This document shows, in pieces, positions 37,705 to 50,500 of a stretch of 64,000 bases of DNA (positions are counted from its first letter, which is position 1; each line of letters begins with the position of its first letter). A model generated the notes under the pieces. That model searched no databases. It worked only from the letters and a program-made list of their open reading frames with translations, and was not told the DNA's origin. The DNA is from Lingula anatina. Taxonomy: Eukaryota; Animalia; Brachiopoda. The stretch lies in assembly GCA_051362555.1 (NCBI GenBank), contig CM120649.1, forward strand, positions 6,014,001 to 6,078,000, written 5' to 3'. Position numbers and translations under genes: made by a program.

Positions 37705-40700
37705 ATGGCTACCAAGGGGATGCAGATAATTAAGGCCAACACATCCATAGTCAGGGATCAGGTGGTCAAGGGGCTGCCGTCAGATACAGGTGAGTTTTTC
37801 CCATTTGAAAAAATTTGAATTACTGGTATATAATTTAAAGTGTTCCATAAAGTCCAAGGCTAGATTGTAAGACCAGCTGATCTCTCAAGGATAGCAGGCT
37901 ATCATCTCAGCCTTTACCCTATTAACCGTTACTTCCTCCTCATACTTAGGTGCTGGGCCAAAACGTGTCACATTTGATGAGAGTCAGGTGCCCCGTATTC
38001 CACACGAACCCACCAAGGCAGCAGTGGGGCATATCCAGAGAGGGACGTCTGGACAGTTAATGACCAAAGGGACAGTGTCCAGTTCAGGGGGTACTGAGAC
38101 GAAACAGGGTAAAAAGGGGGACCACAGTAATACTAAGAGGCCACATCAGTATAATTTGGCACAGACTCCTACATCTTTGGGTAGATTTCAGAGAGAAAGT
38201 CATGGAGGGGCCAGACAGAAGACTGACTTGTCAAAGCCATCACCATTGTTCTATATAGCCGACAATGGCGATGCCTCAGACTGCAGTAGTGTTTCCGACT
38301 CCCCTGATCACATTGGTGCTAAGCAACAAAAGACAAAGGTCAAATATCAGACATCACTCACCGGAGGAGCTTCTGCACAAATGAAATCAGACTCCACCTC
38401 GTCCATCACTGGTTTAAAACTTCGTCCTATTAATATTGTGGATCCTATGCATTCTAAACCCACTGAAGACACACATGGGAAGACAGGTGCCAGTCAGTCT
38501 CTCCCAGATATGTCTCCAGAACACATACAGCTGGGCATTCCTATGGGCTTCAAGCTTGGAGGTGCTCTGGACATGTCAGATCCTGGAGGAGATTGCGTTG
38601 GACCTTTCTCCCCTAACACAATCAAAACACAGCTGAGGTCACTGCTGGAGGAGAAAACTGTGCTCAGATCTGAGCTGGACAAACAAGTGGAGGTATAATG
38701 TGTTGATGTAGTGAGGAAGTTGATTGTAATATTCATCTTGTTAACTTTGTGAGCAGTGTCAACGTGGGTTGATTATTTTTTAACTTGAAGTTATTTTTTA
38801 AACTTTTCAATTTCTACACTTACAGTGTTTGAGCTGTAAGCATTCGGAAGCTTCCAATCTTGAATTTGGTTGACCGTTTAATAATTTATACTTTTCGGGT
38901 CAATCTGCCATCAGACTGATGAAAAATAATGTAATTTGTTAAAAGGGAAATAATTTATAAGAAAAGCCTGTATCCAACCCACATTACTTAAGCATATCTG
39001 TTTAGCGTAATAGTGTCATAAGTTCTTTTACTGAATCGATATATATACTATATCATAATATTTGTTTGACCCAGGTAAATTTGGAGTTGAAAAAATTGTT
39101 GGTGGCTTCTCTTGGTGATGACTTGCAATACAGGATGGAGAGGATGGCCAGGTATGTATGGGGTCCACATATGCTAGAGCATGGGGTCTCTGTGGATAAG
39201 TTTATACACATGTAGTAATAATGTCAAATTTTAATTTCATGAGGTTTGGATGATGTTGAAAATTGCAGAAATGATGGAATGATCATGTTATGAACAAAAG
39301 GGAAAAAAAAGCAAAATATCAGATTTATTCAACTGACATCAGAAAAGCTTTTACATTCTACTATCCTTCATATTTTATTAACAACTCTATTTTTTGTAAA
39401 TTTACCGATAATTAACCAGCCAATTAATGAATAACAATTTTTTTGTAAATTTACCGATAATTAACCAGCCAATTAATGAATAACATATTAATTTGGTATT
39501 CATTGGTGTTGATTCAGATAAAGTGCTTGTCTGTTTTCAGGGACAAGGCATCCCTGGCACTGCAGGTGGGGGACTACTCTAAGAAGGTGACACAGGACAC
39601 GGAGACACTGGAGAGTTTGTCCATACAGGCAGACATGTGGAGGAGCAAGTACATGGCAAGCAGGTTAGTACTTTTACTCAGGGTCATATAATATATACAG
39701 ATAATAGTGCCTATGGCAACCCCTGTAATTTCACATTTGTCTAGTAGCAAATATTCTACGTTTCATTTTTTTTCCTTTATTATTTTAATTAATTTTTTTT
39801 TTTTTGGGGGGGGGGGTTAATTAATATAAGTCAGTTTTTATTCAATTCTTTAGATTTACAAAACATGACACTTCATGAGAATATACAAACATGGCTGAAA
39901 GGATAGTAAGGTACATATCTGCAGTGCTACCATACAATTTGTCAGGGGCACGCCCAACATATTATACTTTATATACACCATTTCCTGTAATTATTACATC
40001 TTAAATAACCTTCTAGCAATAATACATTTAGATAGTTAAACAGAAAAGAAACATTTGTTCTAAAATATCCACTCCCACTACCTTTCACCCCAGGGTAATG
40101 GTAGAGGAACTGGCGGGATGGAAGGCTCACCTGTTCCTGCAGTACCGAGAGTCCCAGGCTGCTGTGCTCAAGTTGCTGGAGGAGAGACAGGTGCTGAAGA
40201 TAAAGCTGATGGACACATACAAGTGAGTTCACTGCCTAAGAGCGGATTCAGAACAGTGGACTAACAGACCTGCGGATCAAATATGGCGACCCACTTAAAT
40301 GCTTGTGGCTTTATTCCCGATAAAATGCGGAATAGATTTTTGGCGGGGATTCCGTGACAAGCATTCATGTTGGCCATTTTGAATTTTGATCCCTGGATCT
40401 GTTAGTCTGCTGTTCTCTAAAATCCCTCTTTAGACACATGAGGAATGTGGACTGTTTGGTCTGCATGTAGAACAGTGGGGTTGAAGTCCCAAGATGGAAA
40501 CATGTTGTATTCTTGAGAACCCTGACATTTTAATGCTCTAAAGATTCTTTTGTTTCAATTCCAGGAATAATAATAATAAAACAATAATTAAAGGGTGAAT
40601 TTGATCCCAAGATGTTTTTTATTTCAAGAATTTCAAAATTCAAGGATGGATTTGTCCCCAAGTTTGGTTAATTCCAGGTATAAAGATTAAAGGGTTAATT

Positions 40701-41566
40701 TGATCCTGAGACAAGATTCAAGGATGGATTTGTCTTCAGAATTGCTTTATTCCGTTAATAATAAAAAAAAAAGAATAATAATAATTAAAAAAAATTAAAA
40801 GTTGAATTTGATCCGAGATGTATCTTATTTCAGGAATCTCAAGACATTACAGGATGGATTTGACCCCAAGAATGCCCACCAGACCCCCACACACCACGCC
40901 TTCAGCCTGATGACCGTGGTCAAGACCATCCAGCAGCTGGCCTACAATGTCAAGTACAGACTGCTGGGGCCGCTGCCAGATGACACCTCTGCTGAAACTG
41001 CCAGTATCCAGGATTTGACGGAGGCCGAGGAGTTTGCAAATAAGGTGAGTGCTGTGAATTCAGCTAATATCTGTGGAGCTGTTTTTTTTTTTAATTATTT
41101 GTTTAAAAGTAAAGTGTTATCTATCCCTGTTGCATAATACTTATGTGTACGAGACTGGCCTAAATAGACCGAACATCCTTTGAGCTCTCAGTCCACCTTA
41201 GGGACCATTTCCACAGATATTTGAATCTAGGCACGGGAACCCAGTCTTAGATTCTTGAAGAAGTTTCTTTTTATTTTTTATCTGAATTAAATTTTACAAA
41301 ATTAAAGGCAATTTTTCCTTATAGTTTTATTCCAATTATTGAATATCAAAATTTAAGATTACAATTAATTTAATTTTTTTTTTTTTTAGGTGCTGTCTAA
41401 TACTACAATTCCACAAGACGAGGAAGGCCTTCAGAATCTCGGTGCGCCACCTGTGTACAGTGCTCCCAGGTCGCAGGTGATTGGACGATTTCATCCCAGC
41501 ACCAGATTCGAGCAGTTGACCTTCTGTAGCTGCAAGCACTGTTCTGGGGAGATACAAGTGGTGTAG
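37705..41566 (+). CDS. BLZF1: Golgin-45 (BLZF1/JEM-1), ~514 aa. Exons: 37705-37789, 37950-38692, 39075-39151, 39541-39663, 40094-40222, 40834-41044, 41390-41566
   Basis: VNLELKKLLVASLGDDLQY, LSIQADMWRSKYMASRVM and C-terminal GRFHPSTRFEQLTFCSCKHCSGEIQVV* match the golgin-45 core and GRASP55-binding tail as I recall them. In-frame joins total 1545 nt; the N-terminal start is less certain. Confidence 0.9.
40235..40433. mobile_element. Imperfect palindromic MITE-like element in BLZF1 intron; partial relative at ~55060-55150
   Basis: agaacagtggactaacagacc...gatctgttagtctgctgttct inverted arms; shares caaatatggcgacccactt with ~55090. Confidence 0.6.
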
Positions 41567-42704
41567 GGATACCACAGGACTTAAAACATTATATAAATGA
41601 ATTGGATAAATAGATAAACTTGTAAAATACCAACTAGTTAAGATGCAATACAAGGTGCTCTGCATGGATAATAAAATGTTTAGTGCATAAATTATATTCA
41701 GTGATGCAACATGTTCAGTATTACATATATATCTCTTACATTGAAGTGGTTGACAAAGTGCAGGATAGGGCGACCATAAAATACACATTAAGTTCTGAAT
41801 TTTATACTTTTGGGAGGGGTGGGGTATGAGTAGCAATATCGTTTAGGATTCCAGAAAATGTAATACCGACATCAAAATGTTGAGTGTAAAAAAAAAAATT
41901 TATTTATCTATATGTATATATATAATTATGTCAAAGCAAGAACCAGGCATAAGCATTTTCTGTGAATTCCTGTAATTTAAAAATCCACACTCATTCTGAA
42001 GTCAGAAAAAATTGGCTAGACAACAGGAAAGTTTCTTTTTAACCAAAAAAGTCCTCATCTTACATAAACCCCTGTTAAACAGAGAAAACAATACACTTCA
42101 CTGCAAAATGCTTTGATATTGAAATAGAGTGCGGCATGGCCTGTTGTTTTATTCTCTTATCATGGTTTCAAATATGATAATAAACAATTTGTGCCCATAA
42201 CTAGTTCAGGAAAGGGGTCTGTCGAGTGTCTCGCCTCTCATTATTGCCCCTTTTCATCAACATTTAATTTACAGTTGCACAAGTTAATTTTTTTTTGGTA
42301 AAATTTTAACTAAAAAATCCTTTTCTTATCTCTAGCCAATTAATTCTTGCTACGACAAATTTTGATTAAATTGATCTTTTCCATCTTTTTTTGGTGTTTG
42401 ATTTTTTCCAAATTATGCATGACTGGGCCCAAGGCATTATTATTGTGATCATGCTAATCTCTACAGTACCAAGGGCATAGTCACTTATACAGGACCCGTT
42501 TAAAAATGAAGCAAACTGTGATTAAAGGTTAATAACAAGGCAGCAAAGCTGTCAAATGTACAGACAAAAAACAGGAAATAACTATGCACTAAATAGGCTA
42601 CTGTCAATTCTGATGCAAAAGAACATTATGTTAAACTGCAAATTCAACATCAAATTTTAATTATGCTCAACAGGTAATACCAATGTAAGTAAAATGTGTA
42701 ACAA

Positions 42705-43372
42705 GTTCACACTTTGAAAATGTATAACTTCCAGAAAAAGAAGCCAATTAGACTGCTTTTCCAACTCAGGCTGCATTTTAGTCCTGTATTTCTTTTTTGA
42801 AAGTTTGGCAATCATAAGTAACATGGTTTTCCCATAATGGTCATCATGGCAGCAGCACCCAAAATTGTGTTTTCTTCTTTTCTGATGCCATATTACATAA
42901 TGGTTAACAGCATAATGACCGTCAATTTTTAATAATAAAATATACGTATTATGGATTTTCAGAAAATGTGACTAGCATGGGTCTTCAAGCCCGTGGAACT
43001 TCAAAGTCACACCTTGAAAATGCCAATATGTGAAAAATTTAATTTTCACAAAAAAACTTTAACTGGCAGTAAGAATTACCAAACAGACTGCATTGCCTAC
43101 TGAAGCTGTATTTTAGTCCCATGTTTCTTTCCTGTAAGTTTGAGAACAGTAAGTGACATGGTTTTTCTTAAATGGTCATCATGGGAGCAGTGCCCAAAAT
43201 AGTGTTTTTTTTCAAATTTTGATGCAATATTACATAATTTTTAACAGCATAATGACCATCAATTTTAATAATAAAATATTAGTATTATGGATATTCAGAA
43301 AATGTGACTAGCAAAGGTCTTCAGGCCCATGGAACTTCAAAGTCACAAATTGAAAATGCCAAAATGTGAAAC
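42705..43372. repeat. Tandem duplication of a ~340-360 bp unit
   Basis: Two colinear copies, e.g. atggtcatcatgg..taacagcataatgacc.tcaatttt..cagaaaatgtgactagca..ggaacttcaaagtcaca (42837-43010 and 43173-43347). Confidence 0.8.
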
Positions 43373-43604
43373 AAGACAGCACTGTTCTGAAATGTTTTTT
43401 TTTTCAATTTTTAACAATTTTTTTAACATAAAACAAAATTAACAGGTTACTGCCATTTTTATACAATCAACTAAGAAAATTGATGAGATGGGAAAAATAT
43501 CAATACAACAGTGTTAAATGTCCAATTTCCTCCATTCTGAGATTCTGAACATAGTGAATGATTGAATCTGACAAACTGCAATGATTTGAGTTTATTTCCA
43601 TTTT

Positions 43605-44183
43605 TGACACTTTATTACACAATACACGATTACAAGTTTACCATCATTTTTACATAATCAACTAACAATGTTGTAAAGATGCAGGAAATGTCAAACAAAC
43701 ACTTTTACATATCTTATTAGTTCAATAATGAGACTGTTAACATGCCTAAGAGTTGAATCTGAGGAAATGTGAAAAAACAGCATAACTTCTAAAATAATGC
43801 CCCGATTATGCTGATTTTTGAACTCAACCTGCGTTTTAGCAGGATTGATCACTCCTATGAGTTTCATGACAATCGGCCAATCTGTTTTTCTTATATTGTG
43901 TTTACAGTGTTTCATATATGCTGAAAAGTGAAAAAACAGCATAACTTCTACAATAATGGCCTGATCATGCTGATTTTCAAACTTGACCTGCGTTTTATGA
44001 ATATTTATCAGCTCTGTAAATATTAAGCCAAAAACTAAAACTGCCTTCCACTTATCGTGTTTACAATGAAAGTGCACGGCGACGGCATCGCCATCGGCAT
44101 CGGCATCGGCATCGGCGACGACGGCGACGACAGACGCAGGTGATGGCAATATGTACAGACACATCTGTGTCTGTACATAAAAA
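43605..44183 (-). mobile_element. Helentron-associated non-autonomous element (HINE/DINE-1-like), 5' portion; related to 63225-64000
   Basis: T-run, perfect 13-bp hairpin atgtacagacaca-tc-tgtgtctgtacat (44151-44178), GTC/GATGCC microsatellite and ~180-bp internal repeats. 43610-43770 is reverse-complementary to ~63708-63868. Confidence 0.65.
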
Positions 44184-44756
44184 TGGAATTTTTTTCACGA
44201 AGTGATGCTGCATATGTACTTCTTCATAACCTCATACCGATTTGTGCAATGCTTCTTCATTTTAAGTAGGTTACATAAAAGAAGAAAAGACACTTTAACC
44301 ATCAAGTAAGCCACAAGAATACTATAATTGTATTTGAATTGATGAGTAGGATTTTCACTTTATCATTGAATTAGCACATTTTCTATGGATAAGAATGACA
44401 AATAGAAAGTGACAATTGCTCTAATAAAGTGCCAGAAGTGCGGCAGAAGAGTGAAGGCATTATGCAATATTAACATAGAAAAAAATATGTATACTTAACA
44501 AAAACTTAATAAAAACATTGATTTAATTATCAAATTTTTTATTGTTTTATTTCCTTTCTCTAATTACAATTACTTACATTAAACTTGTTTGGCAACTATA
44601 TGACGTTACAGTATGGATGAAACGGGCAAGATTGAAATACAGGTCACAGTTAAGTTTTAAAGATAAATCACACCCCTAAGAAAGTTGTAAAGTTACCATT
44701 CATGACTACTTTAAGATTCAGATTTTTCTCACCGTGGTGATTACAATTAAAATCTT

Positions 44757-46372
44757 TTTTTTTTTTTTTTTTTTTTTTTTTATTCACAAAAAGACAAACA
44801 AAAATACATATGTAGACACACACACAAACACACACACACAATAACACACAAGACATTCATTATACATTAAGTAAACATGAAATATATGTAGATAGCCAGA
44901 CTACGTACAAAACAGTATATTACAAGTGATGCTGCACATAACAAGATACAAACATTTAACATAGAAGAAATTTGCGAAAAAGTAAAGTAAATTTATGAGT
45001 GGAGAATCTAGGCAAAAATAGAATCCCAGGTTCTCCACTCTGTAAGAAAAAGGCCTAATTGAAGGTTTTTTTGAGAAACGTATTTTTCTAATTCGAATTT
45101 TTTTTTGATGTATAAGAGAAGGGAAGGGAAGGTCGGCTGGATTTTTCTTTTAAAACAGGTATATATATAAAATTTGGAGACAAGAATAATGTAATTTAGA
45201 GGCTTGAATTTTGTTTTGGATACTCCAAAAATTATATTTTCATCATATAGTGTAATTCTTTCACCAGTTTTGTTAGCAATCAAACGTTCCATTTCAGTCC
45301 AAATGTTTCTTATTCGATAACAATTTAAAAATACATGTCGCAAATCTTCCCTCTCTGCTCCACAAATAAAGCATTTCTCTGACACCTCAATACCGATTCT
45401 TTTCAGATATGACCTAACTGGTAAGATTCTAAAAATTATTCTGTATTGGAACCACTGAAGTTTTGTTTCTCGTGTAACAAAGAAACAATTCTTGTAAACA
45501 TACTTCCAAGTGATATTTATATTTAGATCTAGGTTCCATTTCCTTTCGTGTACCAAGTTTTCAGGAGTTTCACTCATGAGAACCTGATAAAAATCTTTAC
45601 AGCCATTTCGACTCTTTATAAGTAGCTGAACCGGCTGAGGAATATAAGGAAATAAAATTTCTTCAAAAATTTCTTCATTGTTCTTTTCTTTTAATCTACA
45701 TTTTAAACTGTTACGTATTCCAAAATATTTTAAATCACATACTCTTTGAAATCCAAATTTCCTTTCCAGTTCAGCTTTGGTTAAAAATTTTCCTTCGTTG
45801 AAAAGATCGCCAATTATTCTTATACCCTTATTGTACCATTCTTTGTCCAATATTGATACCCCACCCAATTTTACTTTACTATTATACCACAGAGGTTCAA
45901 GAGCAATATTGCTTTTCATATTTTCTATACCGTATGTTAGTTCTTTCCAGGAGATAATGACATCTCTCCAAAACCTGTTATTGCAATTGCATAAGAGTAT
46001 ATCCAAATATTCATTTCCATAGTCAAATATATTCCAAATAGATTGTAAATCAAAGGTGCTCTGGAGAATAGTGTTATAAACGTTATTTTTAAGGTATAGT
46101 CTTCTTATCCATGTACATTTTAATGCCGTTATGAACTTACTTAAGTCTGTCATTTTTAGACCACCATATTCATAATCCTTTACTATCTGACCTCTCTTTA
46201 CCTTATCAATTTTGCTACCCCAGATGAATCGGAAAAAAATAGAATTTAGTTTTTTGATGAATACTAGATCTGGATTTGGCAGAGAAATGAAAAGATGGTT
46301 CAGCATTGGGATGATAAGGGTTTTTAAGATAGTAATTCTACCAATAGGGGTAAGTATTCTTCTATTCCAATG
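44757..46372 (-). mobile_element. 5'-truncated non-LTR retrotransposon (L1/Tx1-like ORF2 3' part) with poly(A) tail and 14-bp TSD
   Basis: Open frame 45008-~46372 with LTPIGRITILKTLIIP, FFRFIWG, YEYGGLKMTDL, PLWYN and CFICGAEREDLRHVFLNC (zf-RVT). Poly-T on + at ~44755-44781. ACAATTAAAATCTT at 44743-44756 and 46373-46386. Confidence 0.92.
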
Positions 46373-46640
46373 ACAATTAAAATCTTGCCAAGGGAATTTT
46401 AAAATGTGTCTGGGTGAGACTGCAATTTCAAACTTGCCTATTAGTACGCAGAATTAATAAATGTCCAAGATTTAAATGTCTGCAAGATATTTCAAGACTA
46501 AATATACTTTAATAACAGCTGTCCACTGAACCACTGATTATTTGAAAAAGGATGGTTACTAGTAAATTAAACATGTAACATACAGGAACTCCAAAATGTT
46601 GACCAGTAATTTGGTTAAATATTTACAGGGAGTCTAAATA

Positions 46641-46677
<37 letters not shown>

Positions 46678-46746
46678 CTTCAAGGTATTCTTTATTCAGC
46701 ATGAAAAGAAGTCTGAACCATCAAGTCATCTCTGGCTTTCTACCTA

Positions 46747-47543
46747 CTAAAGGGCTTCATCACTCTGAAAGGAAAAAAAAAAAAAAACAGAGAGGAGTCA
46801 AAATTCTGATGCAGACTCAAATTTGTAAACTGTGTTATTTCTAAAAATGCCAACCTGCTCAATGCTATTACTGAAAATATTTCACTTCTTTTACGGTCAT
46901 GACTAAAAGTTCAACGGGTGAAAATTGTGAATTTTACAGATACTGTATTTTTGAAGTCCACTTCTTTAAATAAAAACATTCTTATTGAGTGGTAGCAACA
47001 AAATTAAAAGCACCCTACTCTACAGTTCTACTCTATGCAGCAAAAGCACCACAAATGTTATTCGAAATTTTTAAAAATAATTTTGTGACTTTAAAATTAC
47101 AAGTCTGAAATTTGATAATTTTTGCCCATAGAAAAGATCGAGTCTTTACTTAACTTCAAGTATTTTGAGGGGGTTTATCACTTTTTATAAAACTGACAAA
47201 GGAACAATATATAGCCTAGCAAGCAGGATGTTTACACACAAAAATACAACTGTGGCACATTTTCAGTTGAATAATATTGTATACCTTTATGCTAATAATT
47301 ATCTCAACTGGATATCTTTAAATAGAAACCCATGTATTGATTGAACACATGTCTAAAAAAAGAAAAAAGAAAGAAGAAGAAGATAAAAACATACTGGTTT
47401 CCATCCGTAAACTCCAAGCTGCTCCTCCAGAAACTCTCTCAGGTCCCATTTCTCCGTCAGTTCAGGGGGTACATGCAAGACCGTGAAACCAAGCTTCTCT
47501 AGAACCTTTGTCCTACACGCCTCGGGCACTGGATAAGTACCAC

Positions 47544-47574
<31 letters not shown>

Positions 47575-50500
47575 TTGCTGACATAAAAATAACAGTGGTA
47601 AAATATTACAGGAAACATGTTACTTTGTAAAAGAAAAAAATGAACCAAAAATAATGAAATAATAATAAAATTAAATCATAAATCGAGGGAATTCAAATAG
47701 TTCTTGAAATGTTTGTAAACAATATTTTAATCAATTAACTGTTAGCAAATATTCAATATGTAGTGAGTTAGGTAAACCATAGGGTGCAAGTAAACTGTGA
47801 ACTAAACATTCCTAATGTATGAAAGAGGATCAACTGCAAATTTGTGACAGTCACATCACATTAGAATTTCTTATACCCAGACTTTGGTGTGTACAATATG
47901 TTGCATTCAATTGTGAAAATATCTTAATACAGGGGCGGATCCAGAGCTATTTTCTGACAGTCTTCTAAATTATCGTTGTTGATCCATCCTGTATTTTTGA
48001 CCGTCTTCCGAGAGAAAAAATTAGATATCCGTCAATGTAAACTTGAAAATCTGACCGTCTTCCGGAAGACCCAGAAGACGGCCTCAATCTGCCCCTGGAA
48101 TACCTGGGCATTGGCATGCTGAGCCCAAAATCAAAGGGTTCAAACTTGACATTACATGTGATCTAATTACATAAGATGAGGACAAATATCTCAGTAGCCC
48201 ATTTGGAGATATAAACTGATATGCAGTCTTTTTTGCACATCCTTCATTTTAAGTAAATATTTTAATCTGTAAACTCACAAATTTTATCCTAATCCAGTTT
48301 ATGGACAACTTCTTCCTTTTGGTTGCAATGTTTAAATAATTTACAACTTATTACCTCCACCAAGAAGGTTATGTTTTTGGTTCCGTTAGTTTGTCTGTCT
48401 GTCTGTCTGTAAGCAACATTACAGAAAAATTTATGGTCTGATTTTGATGATATTTTCAGTATCTGTCAGAAGTGGGCCAAAGAACAGATGATTAGATTTG
48501 GTGATGATCCGGATCATTAATAAATCAATAATCAATAATCAAAAATAAAAAAAACTAAATCATCATAGAATGAAATTTTAGGGGTGAAACGGCATTGGGT
48601 GGAGTCTTTGCTGCCTTGGCAGAGATCTGCGCTCTAGGAGTGGTTTTCTAGTTATTACCATATTTCAGTAAGCCCTACCTATGAGTTCCTTTTTATCCCA
48701 TGTGAAATCTTCATGCCTCATGACTCGCACTGCAATTCTTCGCCAACCTTCCGGTAGCCTCGTCTGCTGGCAACCCAACATAACAGGCTTTATTTTGTCT
48801 GGGGGTACCAGCACAGGAGTCCCAACTGTATCCAAAATAAACTCAATGTACACCAGCCCAAAGTGAGGCAGTGTACCTAGTCGCACCTCTCTGTCAATTG
48901 CCCGAGCTACAGCAAAAGGCATTTCACTCATCAAATCCAGTTTTAACCATTGTGTTTTCAAAATGGCATCCCTAATGACTGGGATCTCAAACTGATGACG
49001 AGGAATTTGGTTGGTGTACTGGGTATTTTTCTGAAGTTCCAAATAGCCGTAAATTTTGAGTAGGGGCTCCACATAGCTGTCATGTGTAGGGATGCCATCT
49101 TCAAGTTTCCGTTGGAAGGCCTCACTGAAAAAATTCCTCAAAAGAGGATCCCACTCACTCACCTCCATGTCACACTGTCCAGACACACAGGCAACAAACC
49201 AATGCTCCAGCAAAGAAATAAGAAACCCTATGCTTTCCTCCCAATTTTCACTAAACCGCAATCTCTCCAAATAGTCCTGCTGAAGCAGAGTAAAAATACG
49301 CCTTAAACTGGTGTCATCTCCACAGTTCATTTTCACTAGACATTTCATCCAATGTAAACAGTCGCTTGCTTCCAAAGTGCTGTCTTTCAAAGCCCCCAAG
49401 TTGTCTGGGAAAGAGAGCCTAATAGCAGAGTAAATTAATTCACATCTATAGTTCTGTTGGGACAGCTTATAGGCATACCAAATCTTTGCCCTGATATCTA
49501 AAAGGTGCATAGAATTCAAAATCACATTTTCAATTTCACTCAACAGATGGTCTGAGACTTTTGATCTACTATCACACTGTTTGTTAAAGTAAGTGGAAAA
49601 CAACTGATTGACCAGTGGAAGAGATTGCTCGTTTTGCAGAACAGAAACACTGTATTTCAAGGCTGGCAGTGCCACAGGCAGTTGGAGGAGATGCATCAAT
49701 TCTAGATAAACAATAAGAAACTTGCTCTCTAATATATGCAACTTTGCCAAACTCTGTTCCAGAAGTTTCAAACTCAACAAAATGTTCTTCTCACCATGTT
49801 TCAACCTGAGCTCGGCCTGATTTACGATAGCCATGAAGATCCTAAAATGAAATTCTTTAGGGATGTTGTGCATACCCTCGATATCAGAAATGAGCTTTTC
49901 GGTGGCCTCTTTCAGGTAATATCGATTGTCAAGCTTAGATAATTCATACATGGCCCGTGTTGATTGAAGCTGTTCAGGTAGACTTAAGGTTGGCCAAGCT
50001 TGAATGACAGCTTTTTCCAAGACCACCCCCAACTTTCTGTCAGGGTCTTCGACGAATTGTGGGTATAAAGAAATATGGCTTATGTGTTCTCTCATTTCTA
50101 AATCTTTCAATATTTCAAGCTTTAAAAGCATGTGTTCATACAATGCCAGTAATTTTGGATCTTCTATGACAACTCTGTTTAAAAAATCACCGCCAGTCTC
50201 TGGTTGTCTGAGACACAGATCAGCATATAAGTATTGAAGGACTTGATACCCATTGCCTGCATAATCTGGGTTGCTTTCAAACTCACTGACAATATCCTGT
50301 GGATCTCTGTTTTTGAACAGGTCACTGGTTGCAGCAGTTGGTACAGGGGATAGGGTAATATGCTGCTGTATTAGTGAAAAGAATCTGGAGCATGCCTCTG
50401 CTTGTGCTGGCCCACTCTTACTACTGGTGGAATGGTTATGGCGATTGTCACCAAAGTTTAGCCCATCAACTGTGTTTCGGCTGTACCCCTCACTAATGGA

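Noticed and set aside
43691-44164. 157-aa ORF with ADADAD repeat (and ORFs at 63233-63548)
   Set aside because: Translation of a microsatellite and internal repeats of a non-coding HINE-like element.
48665-48678. Stop of the 661-aa ORF as the true C-terminus
   Set aside because: A GT donor at 48678 and in-frame downstream exons complete the RAP-like domain.
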